Notes: generated from the letters alone by a model not told the origin. Shown: positions 37,201 through 51,680, numbered from the stretch's first letter. The stretch is DNA of 64,000 bases from Octopus sinensis (GCF_006345805.1 NC_043004.1:102176001-102240000); one strand, 5' to 3'. A program made the numbers and translations.

Positions 37201-38638
37201 TGTTGGCTTGCAAGAGCTAGAAAGTCTCTGCAGTTATTCTAACTTGGACTACATAGAACATTATTCTTGTTAACTGTATAAATTCTTTACAAAATTGTAA
37301 AATGTTGTTTACACATGTGTTATTACCATTTAAGTTTAAGATGCTGGATCTTATCCATTATTGTCATTAGTTGTCGTAGTGATAGTAGTAGTAGTATTAG
37401 TTATAGTATCATAACATAAACAGATTAATATTATTAATCTGTTTGGGTTCTATTTATAGATAAAAACAAACTTCATCTTGTAAATAACTCAAGTACGGTA
37501 TTGATGTCAGTTTAAACCTGCCAATGAAAACATAGTGGAAAACAGACAATAGAAATAGATTTTTCTGGACTATTGTTATGACTACGTAGCTAAAAAACAA
37601 GGAAAGGCCCTCATAAAATACCAAGTTGAAATTATGCCAGGCTAGAAAGGCAAGAAGTAAGTTTCTACTTGGCAGTTTGAGTAAAACAGATGTTAAATAT
37701 TAATGATTGATATCAGTCATTATATATGTTTGTATAATATAGTAGTTTGAAGGTAAGGTGGTCAGATGTATAGTAGATGTTTGTTTGAGTATGGTCTGAA
37801 GTCTAGAGGTAGTCAAACTAGATATATTGAAATGTTGTTGCTATTATCAGAAGTGAAGGGATTAATTTCAGGTCTCTTGAGTTTATTATTCCTGTACAGT
37901 TGTGTTGTTTCTCTGACCAAAACACTTAACTTGAGTTACTGACCTTTTTAAAACTTTATTATTTTAAGGATAATTATAGTAATTAATATCATAATGACTT
38001 CTAACATTGGCAAAGTTGCAGATTTGTTAATTGAGAGGGTAGTCAATGAAATCAATCTCCATTCAAAGTATGGCACTCTCTTTCTATTGATCCTCGAAGG
38101 GTAAAATGCATAGTGAATCCCAGTGGAGTCTGAACTCAGAATGTAGAACAACAAAACTAAATTCTTTTACACCTTCCTTTTAGTATTTAACCCTATTCCA
38201 ACACCTCTATATAATTTCTCTTTGACATAAGACCTTGAAACTGTTAAGCAGAGTTTTAGTTGATTTAATTAATCCAAAGAGTGTGGCTGAGAGGTATACT
38301 ATACATTTAATTTTCCACTCAATTGTGGCATTAAGTAGCTTGCTTTGCAGCCCTGTGGTTTCAGGTTCAATCCCACTGCATGGCACCTCAGGCAGATGTC
38401 TTTTACTTATACTCTTGGGCTGAGCAACATCTTGTGAGTAAATTTGGTAAATGGAAACTATATGAAAGCCTGTTGTATGTGTGAATATATATATGTATAT
38501 ATATATATCATCATCATCATTTAACGGAAAATGGACATTAAACGATGATGATATATATATCGTCAGTAAAGCATAAATCTGAAAAAGAAGCACACTCTAA
38601 GTTATAGAGCAGAATATAATATAAAGTTAGATAAGTCT

Positions 38639-38712
38639 GGTTTATGGGATTACCCTGGGTTTCATGTCCATAAAGTGTTTAGCTTTATGGCATATCATCA
38701 GATCCCCAAACC
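38639..38712 (-). ncRNA. Type I hammerhead ribozyme with intact catalytic core (Penelope-associated)
   Basis: Minus strand GGTTTG-GGGAT CTGATGA T [stem II ATG..CCATAAAG/CTTTATGG..CAT, about 11 bp] GAAA CCCAGGG TA ATCCC-ATAAACC; predicted GUA cleavage between 38651 and 38650. Confidence 0.75.
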
Positions 38713-38764
38713 TGTTGGCTTAAGGCCTCTTTAGCGAATGGCATCTCTAGAATATGGAGGAGGA

Positions 38765-39190
38765 AAGGAACTCGCTACTCAATGTCAACAACAGGGGATT
38801 GTCTATCTTTGGCTATTGATCACCAGTGACCCTGTTATCCTGTGGGTTCCAATAGGCGAGCAAGGATTTCCTGAAATGCTGGCATGGTCTGAAGACCTCT
38901 GTTCCGGAGTTAAGGATGTTCCCCGGGTTGAGGGAGTCTTTTAGAATTTTTGCCTGTTCCGCTATGCATAGTTTACAGCACTTGGTCTTGTTTATATAGG
39001 GGCCTGGATTTTCTAGGATTCTTCATGATATTGTGTATGGAATCCTGTCGTCTTTCAGCTGCCATACATGGCTGGCTAATGACATAATGTATCTCCTTCC
39101 TAGTATCATGAAGGAGGATCTGTGGTTGTAGAGGCATTGTTAGAATATTTTCCTGGAGCAGCTGATGTATGTGGTTGGGTGTTGGTGGTG
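38765..39190 (-). mobile_element. Penelope-like GIY-YIG endonuclease C-terminus plus 3' region (copy A)
   Basis: YISCSRKIF*QCLYNHRSSF...SLASHVWQLKDDRIPYTIS*RILENPGPY, typical of Penelope GIY-YIG. Confidence 0.8.
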
Positions 39191-39619
39191 CTCTGTCTGT
39201 TGATGTTGGCATTGCTGCTGCTGCTACTATTGTTAGTACTGACGCTATTCGTGTCATCACTGCCGGTTTTGGTAATGGTGCTGTTGTTGTTATGATCATC
39301 ATCATTGATGGAAGTGCTGTCACTGCTGTTATAGATATGATTGGCAATGCTGCTATTTCCGTTAGGGATACTGCCATCCATTGCTGCCGTTATCGCTGAC
39401 GATGGTGCTGCCACTGGTTCTGTTCATGTCTTTGCTGCTGCTACTATTCCTACTGTTATCCCTGCTCCTGTAGTAGCCGTTTTGGGAGCTGCTGATGTTG
39501 GTGCTGCTATTAGGGTCAGCCAGTACCTTAGCTTCATAGATGACTCCCTTGGTTTCACAGTGGGCCCACCAACAGCACCAGTACCAGCAACACCAAGACA
39601 CTGCACTGCCAAGACTTGA

Positions 39620-39976
39620 CCACAGAGATACACCAGCTGCTCCAGGAACATATTCCCCCTTCATTAGCCAGCCATGTATAGCAACTGAAGGATGATGGCA
39701 TTCCATACACAATGTCATGGAGAATCCTAGAAAATCCAGGCCCCTACATAAACAAGACCAAGCACTGTAAACTATGCTTAGTGGAACAGGCGAGGATTCT
39801 AAAGGACTCCCACGACCCAGGGAACTTACTTAACCCTGGAACGGAGGTCTTTGGACCATGCTTGCATTTTGGGAAATTCCTGCTGGCCTATTGAAACCCA
39901 CAGGATTACAGGGTCACTGGCAATCAATAGCTAAAAGGAGAGAATCTCCTATTGTTGACATTGAGTAGTAAGGTCC
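39620..39976 (+). mobile_element. Penelope-like GIY-YIG C-terminus (copy B, inverted relative to copy A)
   Basis: MSWRILENPGPYINKTKHCKLCLVEQARIL...LLNPGTEVFGPCLHFGKFLL (CxLC...CxH..KFLL motif). Confidence 0.85.
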
Positions 39977-41445
39977 ATAATGTATTTAAAACTACTCTGT
40001 ATTAAGTGTCCTTCTTTTAAGATGGCAGGTTGTGATTGAAGGGAACTGATCATCATCATTTAATGCCCATTTTCCGTCTGACATAGGTGGGACAGTTTGA
40101 CAGAAGCTAGTAAACAAGGGAGCTGCTCTAGTCTCCATTTGTCTGTTTTGGCATGGTTTCTATGGCTGGACACCCTTCTAATGTATTAAGTGCATTTTAC
40201 GTGGCATCAGTGCAAATACTTTTTACATGACACCAGCATGGGTGCTTTTTATATGTAATTGCTATTTCTATTAGATGGACTAACTACATAGATAGTCCTC
40301 CACTGGCTCAACTTTTGCTTGCTTTTGATGAGGCTTCTACTTGGTGATGAGATTATTGCTTGGAATTGTTAGATAACTGATACTGCAATATTGCTATAAG
40401 AACTATCTAGAAAAAATATTTGAAGGCCTTCATTGAATTTGAAATCAGTTTGGGTTATTCTTGTCATCAAAGAAAGATTCCTTGCTGTAAATACATCTTT
40501 GTTCATAAATTCAGCATTTGATGTCACTGTATGCGTTTCAGTGTAGCATTTGCAGTCTCCTTACAATAGAGGAAGTTATTGACTCCTATGGTGGAATATT
40601 TGGTTCCAGAAAGATGATTTTTTTACAAAGATAAACACCTCAGATTTAACAAAATAATAATAATAATAATAATCCTTTCTATTAAAGGCACATGACCTCA
40701 AATTTTGGGGAATAGACTAGTCAAAACCCTGAAAAGATCAAATGCAAAATTGACCTCGGCGGAATTTGAATTCTGAACATAGCAGCAGATGAAATACCGC
40801 TGAGCATTTTTTCCCAGCGTGCTAATAATTCTGCCAGCTCACCACCTTAATAATAGTAATAACAGTAGTAATAATAATAATAATAATAATAAAGAGAAAT
40901 GTGCAATGGCTGTGAGGTGAAAATATTGAAATACAGAGTCATTGGCTGCTTCAGAATTCAGATCTTATTACTGTTGTTGAATTCTGCCTGTGAACAAGAC
41001 ACCTAACTATGCTTGTTCTAGATTTGTTTTCCTCTCTCTCTCTCCCTCTCTCACATACACACACAGAAAGTTCCACTCCTTTCTTTAGCTTATTAATTTT
41101 TTAACCATCCCCTCTACTCAGCTATGGAGGAGATGGATATAAAAGTAGGGAGTACATTAAGTGCAGTTTAATGAAAAAAATTGATATCAGAAGAAACGAA
41201 ATGCAGTTATAGGTTAAGTGAAATGTCTACAAAGGAGAAGAACACCAGACTGATAGACTCTGCTTCCCAGTGTTTATTGAGTTAATTATTACTTTTAGGA
41301 TGGAATGAATAAGATATTACTTTTGGACAATCTTTCTATTTTATTTTGTCGACATTTATTTAATTACATAACAGTATTACATAACAGCTTTTTTTTATAT
41401 AGGGAATTGGTAAGAGTTAATGGTAGCAAATGAAATAGATCATTA

Positions 41446-41449
<4 letters not shown>

Positions 41450-41480
<31 letters not shown>

Positions 41481-42400
41481 TCTTTTATTGGCCGCAAGGG
41501 CTCACATACAAAACATTTATTGACATACAACAACATATAAGACAAAAACAGGATGATACAATGGGTTTTCTGTGCGTACGTAATGTAATAACAGAAAATT
41601 GAGCAAATTAAAATTCCCAATAGGAGAGGCACTTTGTGGAAAAACCCACAAAAACCACGAGTGCCTGAACAACAAGGCAAGAGCCCTTCCTTTTTTTTTA
41701 CAGGTGCACACTCAGAAGTAGTCCTTTCACACTGGCCATTCTTTTAACATTCACCCACCTTTCAACAAACTTGCTACAAGGCAACAATACTCTCTTCACC
41801 CTCAACTTCCTTTTCAAGTGAAACTTGTAAAAGTTGATGAGGGCTTTGCCAAAGAGGAAAGTGTCTGTCTTTAGCCCTCTCAAACGGGTCCACCATACGA
41901 CCTCTTTCACTACAACCACCAGACAATTAAAAATTGCCTGCTCCTCCTGGCCAAAAGAGGGCAGTGGGGCAATCTTCGCAATGGATTCAGCTGATAGCTG
42001 GATCCATCCTACACACAACAGCAGGTGTTCAACATAAACCCACAGGTTGACAATACTCAGGTACTGGACTAGGGTGTGCAGAACAGTTTCATTGTTCTGG
42101 GCACACCTGAGGCAGGCCTGGCTGACAGCACTTCAGTGCCTGTTAAGTTTATCCTGAACAGGTAGTGCCCCTTGGTAGCACTGCTAGGCAAGGGATTTCT
42201 GGAAGTTATCCATAGGTCCAGGCCTGCAAGTTCTCTGAAACAGACCGATTAGTTGATCTTCATCGACGCCCAGAGTTTTTCTGAGAACGTTGTCGCACTT
42301 TCCCTTCACTAGCTCTCTATAGAACACTAGAGTGGAACTACCAGCGACTGCATTGCCCACCTGGTGGAGGGCTGTGAGTGCTTGATGGCACTCAAAGTGT
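41450..42400 (-). mobile_element. L1/Tx1-like LINE 3' end
   Basis: Zinc-finger remnant CLRCAQNNETVLH, then ...KEVVWWTR...FYKFHLKRKLRV...FVERWVNV; AATAAA followed by an (ATT)n tail at about 41450-41490. Confidence 0.7.
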
Positions 42401-42559
42401 CAAGCACCCCTCCTTGGTCTATGCTTAATCCAGGATTGCAGCTCAGTGAAAGAGACAAGCTCTGGAAAAGTGCTCACCATCAAGGAAAAGCTGGAGATGC
42501 AACGATTTCAAATTTTGCCATGAGGGCAGCAACTTTGGGGGAGGAGATGAGTCAATTAC

Positions 42560-42960
42560 ATTGACCCTAGTGTTCAACTGGTACTTATTTTATCGACCCC
42601 TAAAGGATGAAAGGTAAAGTCGGCCTTGGCGAAATTTGAACTCAGAATGTAGTGGCGGGCAAAATACTGCTAAGCATTTCGTTCAACATGCTAACGATTC
42701 TGCCAGTCACTGCCTTAATAATAATAATAATAATAATAATAATGTGGCGAGCTGGCAAAATCATAACCACACTGAATAAAACTCTTACTAGCATTTCTTC
42801 CAACTCTTTACACTCTAAATTCAAATGCTGTTAAGGTGAACTTTGCCATTTGTTCTTTCAGAGTCAATAAAATAAGTACCAGTTGATCACTGGGATTGGC
42901 GTAATTGAGTAACTCCCTCCACCAAAATTTCAGGCCTTGTGCTATAATAGAAAGAATTAT
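42560..42960. mobile_element. Two family-D SINEs head-to-head (about 42560-42717 minus, 42743-42960 plus) separated by (ATA)n
   Basis: Both carry GGCGAGCTGGCA heads and the TTTGCCTTTCATCC.TT..GGGTCGATAAAATAAGTACCAG segment. Confidence 0.65.
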
Positions 42961-43381
42961 TATTTCTGAAATAGATCCAAGTGTTTTCTTGGAGACTAAA
43001 TTGGTTAAAATGGACCTGTATGAAAGACCTTTGGTGCAAGGAAACAAACGTTTTTCTGAATAAATATTTAATGAAGACATGTGTATGGGGCGGGATGTGG
43101 CATATATGTTAACATTTTCTGACAGTTCTTAATACCACCTTGGCTTTGTTGACCTTTTGTTTAGAAGTAATTGCATAGCACATACCATCTGATTACCATT
43201 AGCTAGCTAGTATGGCAGTCAAGTGTCAAATAACTATTGAATCAAAGGAAAAAAAATTAATGATTCCTAGCAGGATAGATCTGATGTTTGATGAATATTG
43301 ATGTATAAGTACTTTAAGAGATTTACAATCACCATGAACAGGATAGCAAATTTAAAAGATTTTATTTATAAGTATCTTTTT

Positions 43382-43418
<37 letters not shown>

Positions 43419-43776
43419 TATACATTACTGTATGTGTTTTTGTGTTCTTTTAATCTCATTTTTGCTGGATTAAAATTTATTATTTTGTTTCAAAAACCAG
43501 CAATCTGCCATGTCTAATACGCTCAGTTGTAAAATGCTTGTGCGTGTGTGATTATTCTAATATAAGATAAGTTAGCTTGAGTCCAACACCTGATATTGAT
43601 ACTCAGATTGTGCTAATACACCTGTAGAATGATGTTGATGTCAGAGCTTGCCTGATTCTCTACCTTCTTAAACCTGATGACATGTCTCAATTTAAATCAA
43701 TACTTATTTCTGTAAAAAAAGCTAATATGATAAAGATGGAAGGCTCATGAGAGTGTTTGATTACAAAAAAAAAAAA

Positions 43777-43822
<46 letters not shown>

Positions 43823-44148
43823 GTTGCTTTTTTTAATTCTTTTTGTAATCATTTTCTCTTGTTAGATTTTATTTGTAGTTTCTAACACAAGAAAGAAAGA
43901 TTTACACATCTATTATAGTTTTCTAGGACTCTGCTGGTGTGTGTGACTTGTTTTGTTAGTAATTGATTAGAACTTGTGAAATTGACAGTCCTGTGCTTAA
44001 TCATTTGCAGAAAGTAATTAAGAGTGTGAAGGTGGGGGTAGCAATCAGTATGTGGCTTTATTATTTACAGTAACATTGAGAGAGAGGCGGTTACATGATT
44101 GAATAGCAAGAAGCTAAAATATGGATTATATATATATGTGTGTGTGTA

Positions 44149-44198
<50 letters not shown>

Positions 44199-44201
<3 letters not shown>

Positions 44202-44593
44202 GAGTGGCTATGTGGTAAGTAGCTTGCTAACCAACCATATGGTTCCGGGTTCAGTCCCACTGCGTGGCATCTTGCGCAAGTGTCTTCTGCTATAGCTCCG
44301 GGCCGACCAATGCCTTGTGAGTGGATTTGGTAGACGGAAACTGAAAGAAGCCTGTCGTATATATGTATATATATATATATGTGTGTTTGTGTGTCTGTGT
44401 TTGTCCCCCTCGCATTGCTTAACAACCGATGCTGGTGTGTTTACATCCCCGTCACTTAGCGGTTTGGCAAAAGAGACCGATAGAATAAGTACTGGGCTTA
44501 CAAAGAATAAGTCTCGGGGTCGATTTGCTCGACTAAAGGCGGTGCTCCAGCATGGCCGCAGTCAAATGACTGAAACGAGTAAAAGAGTAAAAG
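44199..44593 (+). mobile_element. tRNA-derived SINE (family A)
   Basis: Full-length copy. Confidence 0.9.
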
Positions 44594-46459
44594 TATATAA
44601 TGTATGTATATACTTGTAAGTGTAGACATGTATGCATATGAGTATGTATGTTTGAGAGCCAGTATGCATATATATATATTAAATTATAAGTGCAAACTGT
44701 GCTGGTGTAGAGTTGCATGAGTGATAGTAAAAAAGCATCATCATAGTCATCATCATCATCATTTCATCATTCACTTTCCCATGCTTGCATAGGACAGATG
44801 GAGTTTTTCTATGGCCAGGCGCTGAACCTGTCGTCAAACCTCATCTGTTTCCATGCAAGGTAATATTTTCCCATGGCAAGACATGTTTTTTTAAAGTATA
44901 TTGGGAATTGAATGACACTGCTTGTATGAGAGTGACACTCATTTACAACCATCATGCTATGTTGAGATAAGATGACACAGACATATACATACATGCACAC
45001 ATGCATGTATGTGCGCACGCATGCACACACACACACACACACACACGGCGCAGGGTCGATACATCGAAGTTTTAAGAAAGTCCTGGAGTTATAAGTGACC
45101 AGCCCTGGTCCCTTTAAAATTGCTGGCCTTGTGCCTTGCTTAAAAACTATTATCATCACCACCATGGAAATGGATTGCAGAATAGACAAAATTCTTTGCG
45201 ATATTTGGATGTATTTGTTGACTGTGAGCCCTTTGTATCTTGTGTTCTCTTGGTTCTTAGTTGCCCTTCATTGAAATTCTAGTTCTTGTTGGGTTGAACT
45301 TGTTTAGGGTTCTTGATTTATGGTGGTTTTGTTATGTCTATTCTACGATACATTGATATGAGATTGCCCTTCATTGGCATTCTAATTCTGGTAAAAGTAA
45401 TTCTTGTTTATAGAGGTTTCGCTACATATGTACTTAGTTCAAATCAGGCCTTGTTTGACAAATGGAATAAACACAGTCAAGTCCTGAGATCATTATGATT
45501 AACCATTCATTCTCTATCCAGCAGTATTTGTGACTGTGTTTAGGAAACTATTATTCTTATTATTTTTACGGTGACAAAATGAGTATTTAAATGCATCATT
45601 TTTACATCCTTAGTTTGCACTCTGGGGCCCACTTAGTATTTCGTGTTTCCGGGCCCAATAAAATGGAAAAGTATCAGTCAAGTACTAGAATCAGTTAGGT
45701 TGACTGTGCTCTTCCTCAAGTGTTGCGGTTTTTGACCTCAGAAGAAGTTGAATGAAGAACATGTATATACATTTGAATAGCTGTAAATTAAAGTATAGAG
45801 TTACATTCTCTTACATTAAATTCAACACTCAACCGGTGCAACTGTTTCCTTTCATCTTTCTAAAATCAACAAACTAAATTCCAGTCTGGTGCTGTGGTTG
45901 ATTTAATTAACTAAACACTTCTCCAATTTCTTGCCTTCTGACAGACTAGCTTTAAAATTCCATTCTCTATTTAAATTAGAAAGCTATTTGGAAAATACTT
46001 ATGTATTCAAACTATTAATTTATTTGAAGTAAGTATTTTTATTTCAAGGAAAGTAGTCTTTAAAATATGATATTACTGCGTCTATAAAGAGATCTGTCAC
46101 AGCAGCTTGCAGGTTTAGTAGTTACATATATATACATAGACATACGCTTTTTCTTGCACAGATTGATAGATGTCCTTTTCACATGGCTTTGCTTTTAACG
46201 TTACATGATATTGATTTCACTAGATTAAATTCTTAATAGTTCTGCTTTTGGACATTGACTGATAATTGCACTTCAGTTTCTCAGCAGGTGAAATATCATT
46301 TTGATTAGTTCTTTTCTGATTCACAAGTCTTTAGACACACACACACACACACACACACATATAAACCCTCTCGCACATATAAACCCTCTCTCCCTCTCGC
46401 GCGCACATGCACACACACACACGCACATATAAACCCTCTCTCCCTCTCGCGTGCACATG

Positions 46460-46491
<32 letters not shown>

Positions 46492-49400
46492 CTCTCTCTC
46501 TCCCTCTCTCTTAGAGGATTGGCAGAAACTAGAATTGTTTACCAAGTCGACATGACAAAGACAGCCAAACAATTCAAGAATAAAATATTAGAACATTATA
46601 ATTGAAATGTCATTATTAGAATGACATTAAATTAGAAATGGCCCTTCTAATATGGCAATATAGTCTCTAGAACCTCGTGAAGTTGTTTACTCTCCTAGAA
46701 ATAATGCACAAAAGGGGTAGGTAGGAATTCTACAAAGGGGCAAGTTATGCCTATAGTGCTAGACACCAGTTAAACTGCATGTAGTACACTCTGTAAAATG
46801 GCATAGGGCAGAGAGAGTTTTTCAGTTTTACTGGAGTAAGCTAGTCCCTACAATGTTGGTCCCACAATAAAATGCTCCCTATGCACTCTGTAAAATAGAT
46901 AAGTGAAGACATCATAAGGAGATAGGATTCTTTAGTCTTACTAACAACCTGACAACACCCTCTGGTGCCATGAAAAATTCACACAGTGCACTTGATAAAG
47001 TGGTTGGTGATAGGAAGGGCATCAGCTGTATGAAGCATGCTGAAGATGGAACTTATACATAAAACCTGGTACTCAACCCATCTTGGAGGACCATAACTTG
47101 AAATAAGAACTGGCTCACTCTTTGACAACCCTACACCAGCATAGAAGAATTAATATAAAATAATAATGATGATGATGCATGTGTGTGTGAGAGAGAGTGT
47201 GTTTTATGCGAATTTATCATATACCACCAAAAGGGAATTATATAAAACGCTATGCTTATATTTTGGTTTATCCACACTATTAATCATTTTAACAATTTTT
47301 TTCTGTACTGTCATGGGTTAACTCGATTTGCAGTACAATATGTTGTCGTGGTCATTTTCTATCTCTCCTACAAGGGCTTTCTTAAGATCTGACTTCAACA
47401 AGTCTTTCTGTGTAGTCCTTAGTCTTCTGCCACTAGTACCCAGTTCTCCTCATTCATTTGCATAACATAGCAGTTCGGCAAAAGAGACCGATAAGTACTG
47501 GGCTTACAAAAGAATAAGTCCCAGGGTCGATTTGCTCGACTAAAGGCGGTGCTCCAGCATGGCCACAGTCAAATGACTGAAACAAGTAAAAGAGAAAAGA
47601 GATATGTATACCTATACATTTGTATTGACTGCGCAAATCACCTCATACTTTTGATTCTGAACTGCTCTGTCTGTACACCTGTCCTCTACTACTCTTGCTA
47701 GTTAATCTCAGATATTGTTTATTATTATATTTCATCCATCAATTGTAATTTTTTTCTTCTGTAAACAATATTTATGTCAGTCAGTCAGTCATCCATTTAG
47801 AAGCAGCTTCCTAAGACCTAAAGCAGCTTGCCAACCAAACAAACCTGTAATCGCATTAGTAAATTAGATGCTCTGTGGTCGTATCAACAATGTACTTATA
47901 GGCACCATGACATAAGAATAACTGTATACTCATAAGTAAAATTAGGCCTATCTGTGTCATCTATTAGAGACAATATATCACTAGGTCATATACTCTAAAT
48001 CTTCTTTTGTTAAGCTGATATTTGAGGAGAATGTTATTTAGATTTGTGTATTTCAATTGAAATGACATGATTTCGTAAGCTTTCTCAATGATCTGTACTT
48101 AACCCTTTCATTATCACATTTCTTGAATAAGCTCAAAAAATCCAGATGGCTTCACACTGACCACATGATATTCAAAGAAAACTAATGCTGTGTTTGGTGA
48201 GACTAATGAGGTAGAGATAAGAGTCATTTGGCTGGTCAAAGGGACAGATTCCATTGTAATAGTAGCAGATGAAATAGAAAGAAGAAACAGTATGACCAGT
48301 GGTTGTAGTGTGTTTGTGAAACAGTCTTTATCAGTTGGCTGAATGGACTTTTTTAAGTGGCCTAATATGTTGGTGTAGCAGCAGCACTTCTATGTATAGA
48401 AGTATGTATATGGCTCTAAGATCCCTTTGTGCAATCTCTCTAGTGGTAGTTCCGTGAGAAAAAGGAACCAGTATACTCTGTAAAGTGTTGGCAATAGGAA
48501 GGACATCCAGCTGTAGGAACTAAACCAAATGACATGTATGAAGATCAGTCTATGGGAGCTGAAACTCCCAATAAGAAATTACTAAGATTTCAATGGCACA
48601 TCTAACCCATGCTAGCATGGGAAGTGACTGTCAAATGATCTACATACACATGCACACCACATACACACAGTGCATAATATAAAATACAGGGAGAATGCAA
48701 TACTGCTGTAGAGTTGATGGGTGTGAATTAAACAATATAAGTTCTTAACACTTCCATTACTGCACAGTTTCACTATTATGGATTATTCAAACGATAGGTA
48801 TTGGGCTATCTGTGAGTGTATGTCATTTAAAAAAAAATGTTATCTTGTGTCATGCACACTGAATCTAACAAAGGTGGTAGCTTCTGAACTCTTATAAGTT
48901 GGTAATTATTAAAGACATTACAATGTGTTTAAAGTGAAATTTTATTATGAATATTATAAGTTCTCCGGTAGAACTGAAGTTCATGCAAGATACAAAATTG
49001 AATTACAAAGGGTATAAGCTCAGTCAAATTATTTAGCAATATAAAAGAAGGTGATCAAACGAGCTAAAATATATATATAAGGAAAAATTTTAATTAAATT
49101 ATAAACTCATTATATTAAAAGTTGGTCTTGTAATTGGTTAAAAATAGAGTTCTTGGAGGGGGGTATGAGGTAAGTGATTAGTCTGGAAGATTAGTAGGAT
49201 ACTAGAATTTAGTAACAATTTAGAGAAATATCTGCTAGACCCCCAAAATTTAGAGCAGATTTTTATATAGCTTCTAGAAGCCTTTGTGGATTGCAGTATA
49301 ATAGTCTAGTTACAAATGTTAACTCTTTCAGTAGCAATCTACCCTAGCCTATACCCTGCTCTGAAACAAAACTGTTCTTTTAAAGTATTTAAGACCTTCT

Positions 49401-50237
49401 CAACAAAATTATTTGAAGACCTGTTTTTCCAAACACTAAATTCTGTCAGAAGTCTTTAGTATTTTCAAAATTAATTGAAACATGCAGGCAGTGTAATTTT
49501 GTTAGAATAATCATCCTGAAATGGTAGAACTAGGGAGAAAGGAAAAAACAAGAGGTGTTTCTAGTGAAAGGCAATATAAATTTAAAGGTGTTATTGTATT
49601 TAATTTGTATATATAATTGTTGTAAATTAGGGTATTAAGCTAAGCTGAAAGTACTACAGTTTATGCACTCACACATGTTGCTTGTACTGGTTAATCTATT
49701 GAATAGTCTCAGTATGTGGTATCGATCTACTTTAATGAATTTAGGTTGATAATGTATGTATTAACCCAACTGTTTTAGAACATGAATTTCTTATTGGCAT
49801 TGAAACATCTCGAAATGAAAGACATGGGGTATTTCATTTTAGCAAAAACAAACAGAAGTGTGTCAATGCAGACTATTCAAACTCATAAGAAAACCATTCA
49901 CTATATTTTGTTATGGAGAAAATTTCTCAAAGACAGTAAAGGGTAGAAACACCAAATCAGTTTGCAATGCACCCTAACCAGACTTTTGGATTGCATGCAT
50001 TTCTGAGTGGTTATCTCTTCTTCAGCAACAGAGATTAGAAGGTAGACTCTATGAACTGACTTGAGAGGCAAGTCCCTCTTATGATATTCCTGTCATCACT
50101 CAATCACTGGTTGCACTGTGTATTTACACCTATTTCTCTACAGCAAGAAATTTTCTTCATGAAAAAATACAGTGAATGGCATTCCTATCCCAAAACAAAT
50201 TTCCCCATATATATATATATACACACACACACACATA

Positions 50238-51029
50238 CAGTAATACCTTTATGAGGACCCACTTTATGAAACCCTGGGTTTATGAGTTTTATTTTGTAAT
50301 AAATATACAAAGGTTAAATAGCCTTTTTGTGTGTATGGTGATGTCGCAACATGTGGCAACACTGGTTCTGACGCTTCGGTCATGTAGTGTTGAACTCACC
50401 CATGAAGACCTTATTGCAATGCAGGACCAGGCAACAATAGAAGAGGAAAATGACGCTGTTGATAAAATGCCAGTTAATATATTTACGCTGAAAGGATTTG
50501 TGGAAGCATTTGGATAAAGCCTTGGAAATTTTTCAAGCACAAGATCCAAATTTTGAATGAAGTGCGAAAGTCTCTACTGCCATAAAAAATGCTTCTATAT
50601 TTTGCCGAGAAATTTATAGAGAGCGAAAAAAGATTCTGCTAAGTAAACAACTCTAGACTTGCTTTTTAAAAAGACATTTACAAGTCTGTCTATGAATGCT
50701 TGTGAATTGGCAATCGTGTCTACAAGTGATGGTGTGTACAAGTCTAGTGTGAGTGAAAGTAATTCAGAAAATGATTATAATAATAATATTTTATATTATA
50801 AATGATTTTGACATATTTTTTTTTAGTTTACAGAAAATATTCTTTACATTCTACTGTTTTATTGCCATTTGTTTATGAGTATTATAAATTTTATAGGTAA
50901 AACATTTTTCTGGGAATGAGTTACAATTTATAACATTGCTACTTTGGGAAATTATTGCTCTGCTTTATGATTTTTCAATTTATGAGCAGTCTCTGGGAAC
51001 AAATTTACTCATATATCGAAGCATTACTG
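50238..51029 (+). mobile_element. Tigger/pogo-like DNA transposon remnant
   Basis: ELTHEDLIAMQDQATIEEE...FTLKGFVEAF...ALEIFQAQDPNF...VSTAIKNA...REIYRERKK matches the Tigger transposase C-terminus; imperfect CAGTAAT.C ends at 50238 and 51029. Confidence 0.75.
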
Positions 51030-51362
51030 TGTATATATATATATATAAATTAATATTCAGGGTAAGCGAGTAAGTACACTAGTTTGCCACATGCTATAAG
51101 AAGACGAATGTCTCTAAGCTACCTTAAAATTATCACAATAAATACACGCTGAATTCAGGCAAATAAACGATAAAGATTTATGTAAAGGTTTAATTACATA
51201 TCAATTGATTTCAGGATTAAAGGGAAATCCCTCTCTTTCCATCACCAGTGTAATACAACCCAATGCGCATAAAGACGAACAATTATACATACCCCACGAA
51301 CACAACGGCTTCACAGCGTAAATACAACTGTATGTACATTAACATGACACCAGCATCAACTA

Positions 51363-51680
51363 TATCATCATCATCATCATCATCGTTTAACGTCCGTTCT
51401 CCATGCTAGCATGGGTTGGACGGTTCGACCAGGGATCTGGGAAGCCAGGAGGCTGCACCAGGCTCCAGTCTTATCTGGCAATGTTTCTACAGCTGGATGC
51501 CCTTCTTAACGCCAACCACTCCGTGAGTGTAGTGGGTGCTTTTTACGTGCCACCTGCACAGGTGCCAGGCGAGGCTGGCAACGGCCACGGTCGGATTGGT
51601 GTATTTTATGTGCCACCGGTACGGAAGCCAGTCGAGGCGGCGCTGGCATCGGCCACGAGTCGGATAGTGCTTTTTACGTA
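51363..51680 (-). mobile_element. RTE-tailed repeat (family B)
   Basis: (CAT)n CGTTTAACGTCCG start, then reverse-complement units. Confidence 0.8.

Noticed and set aside
39106-39619. Several overlapping Ala/Thr/Ser-rich ORFs on both strands
   Set aside because: Explained by trinucleotide-rich composition; no splice signals or recognisable domain.
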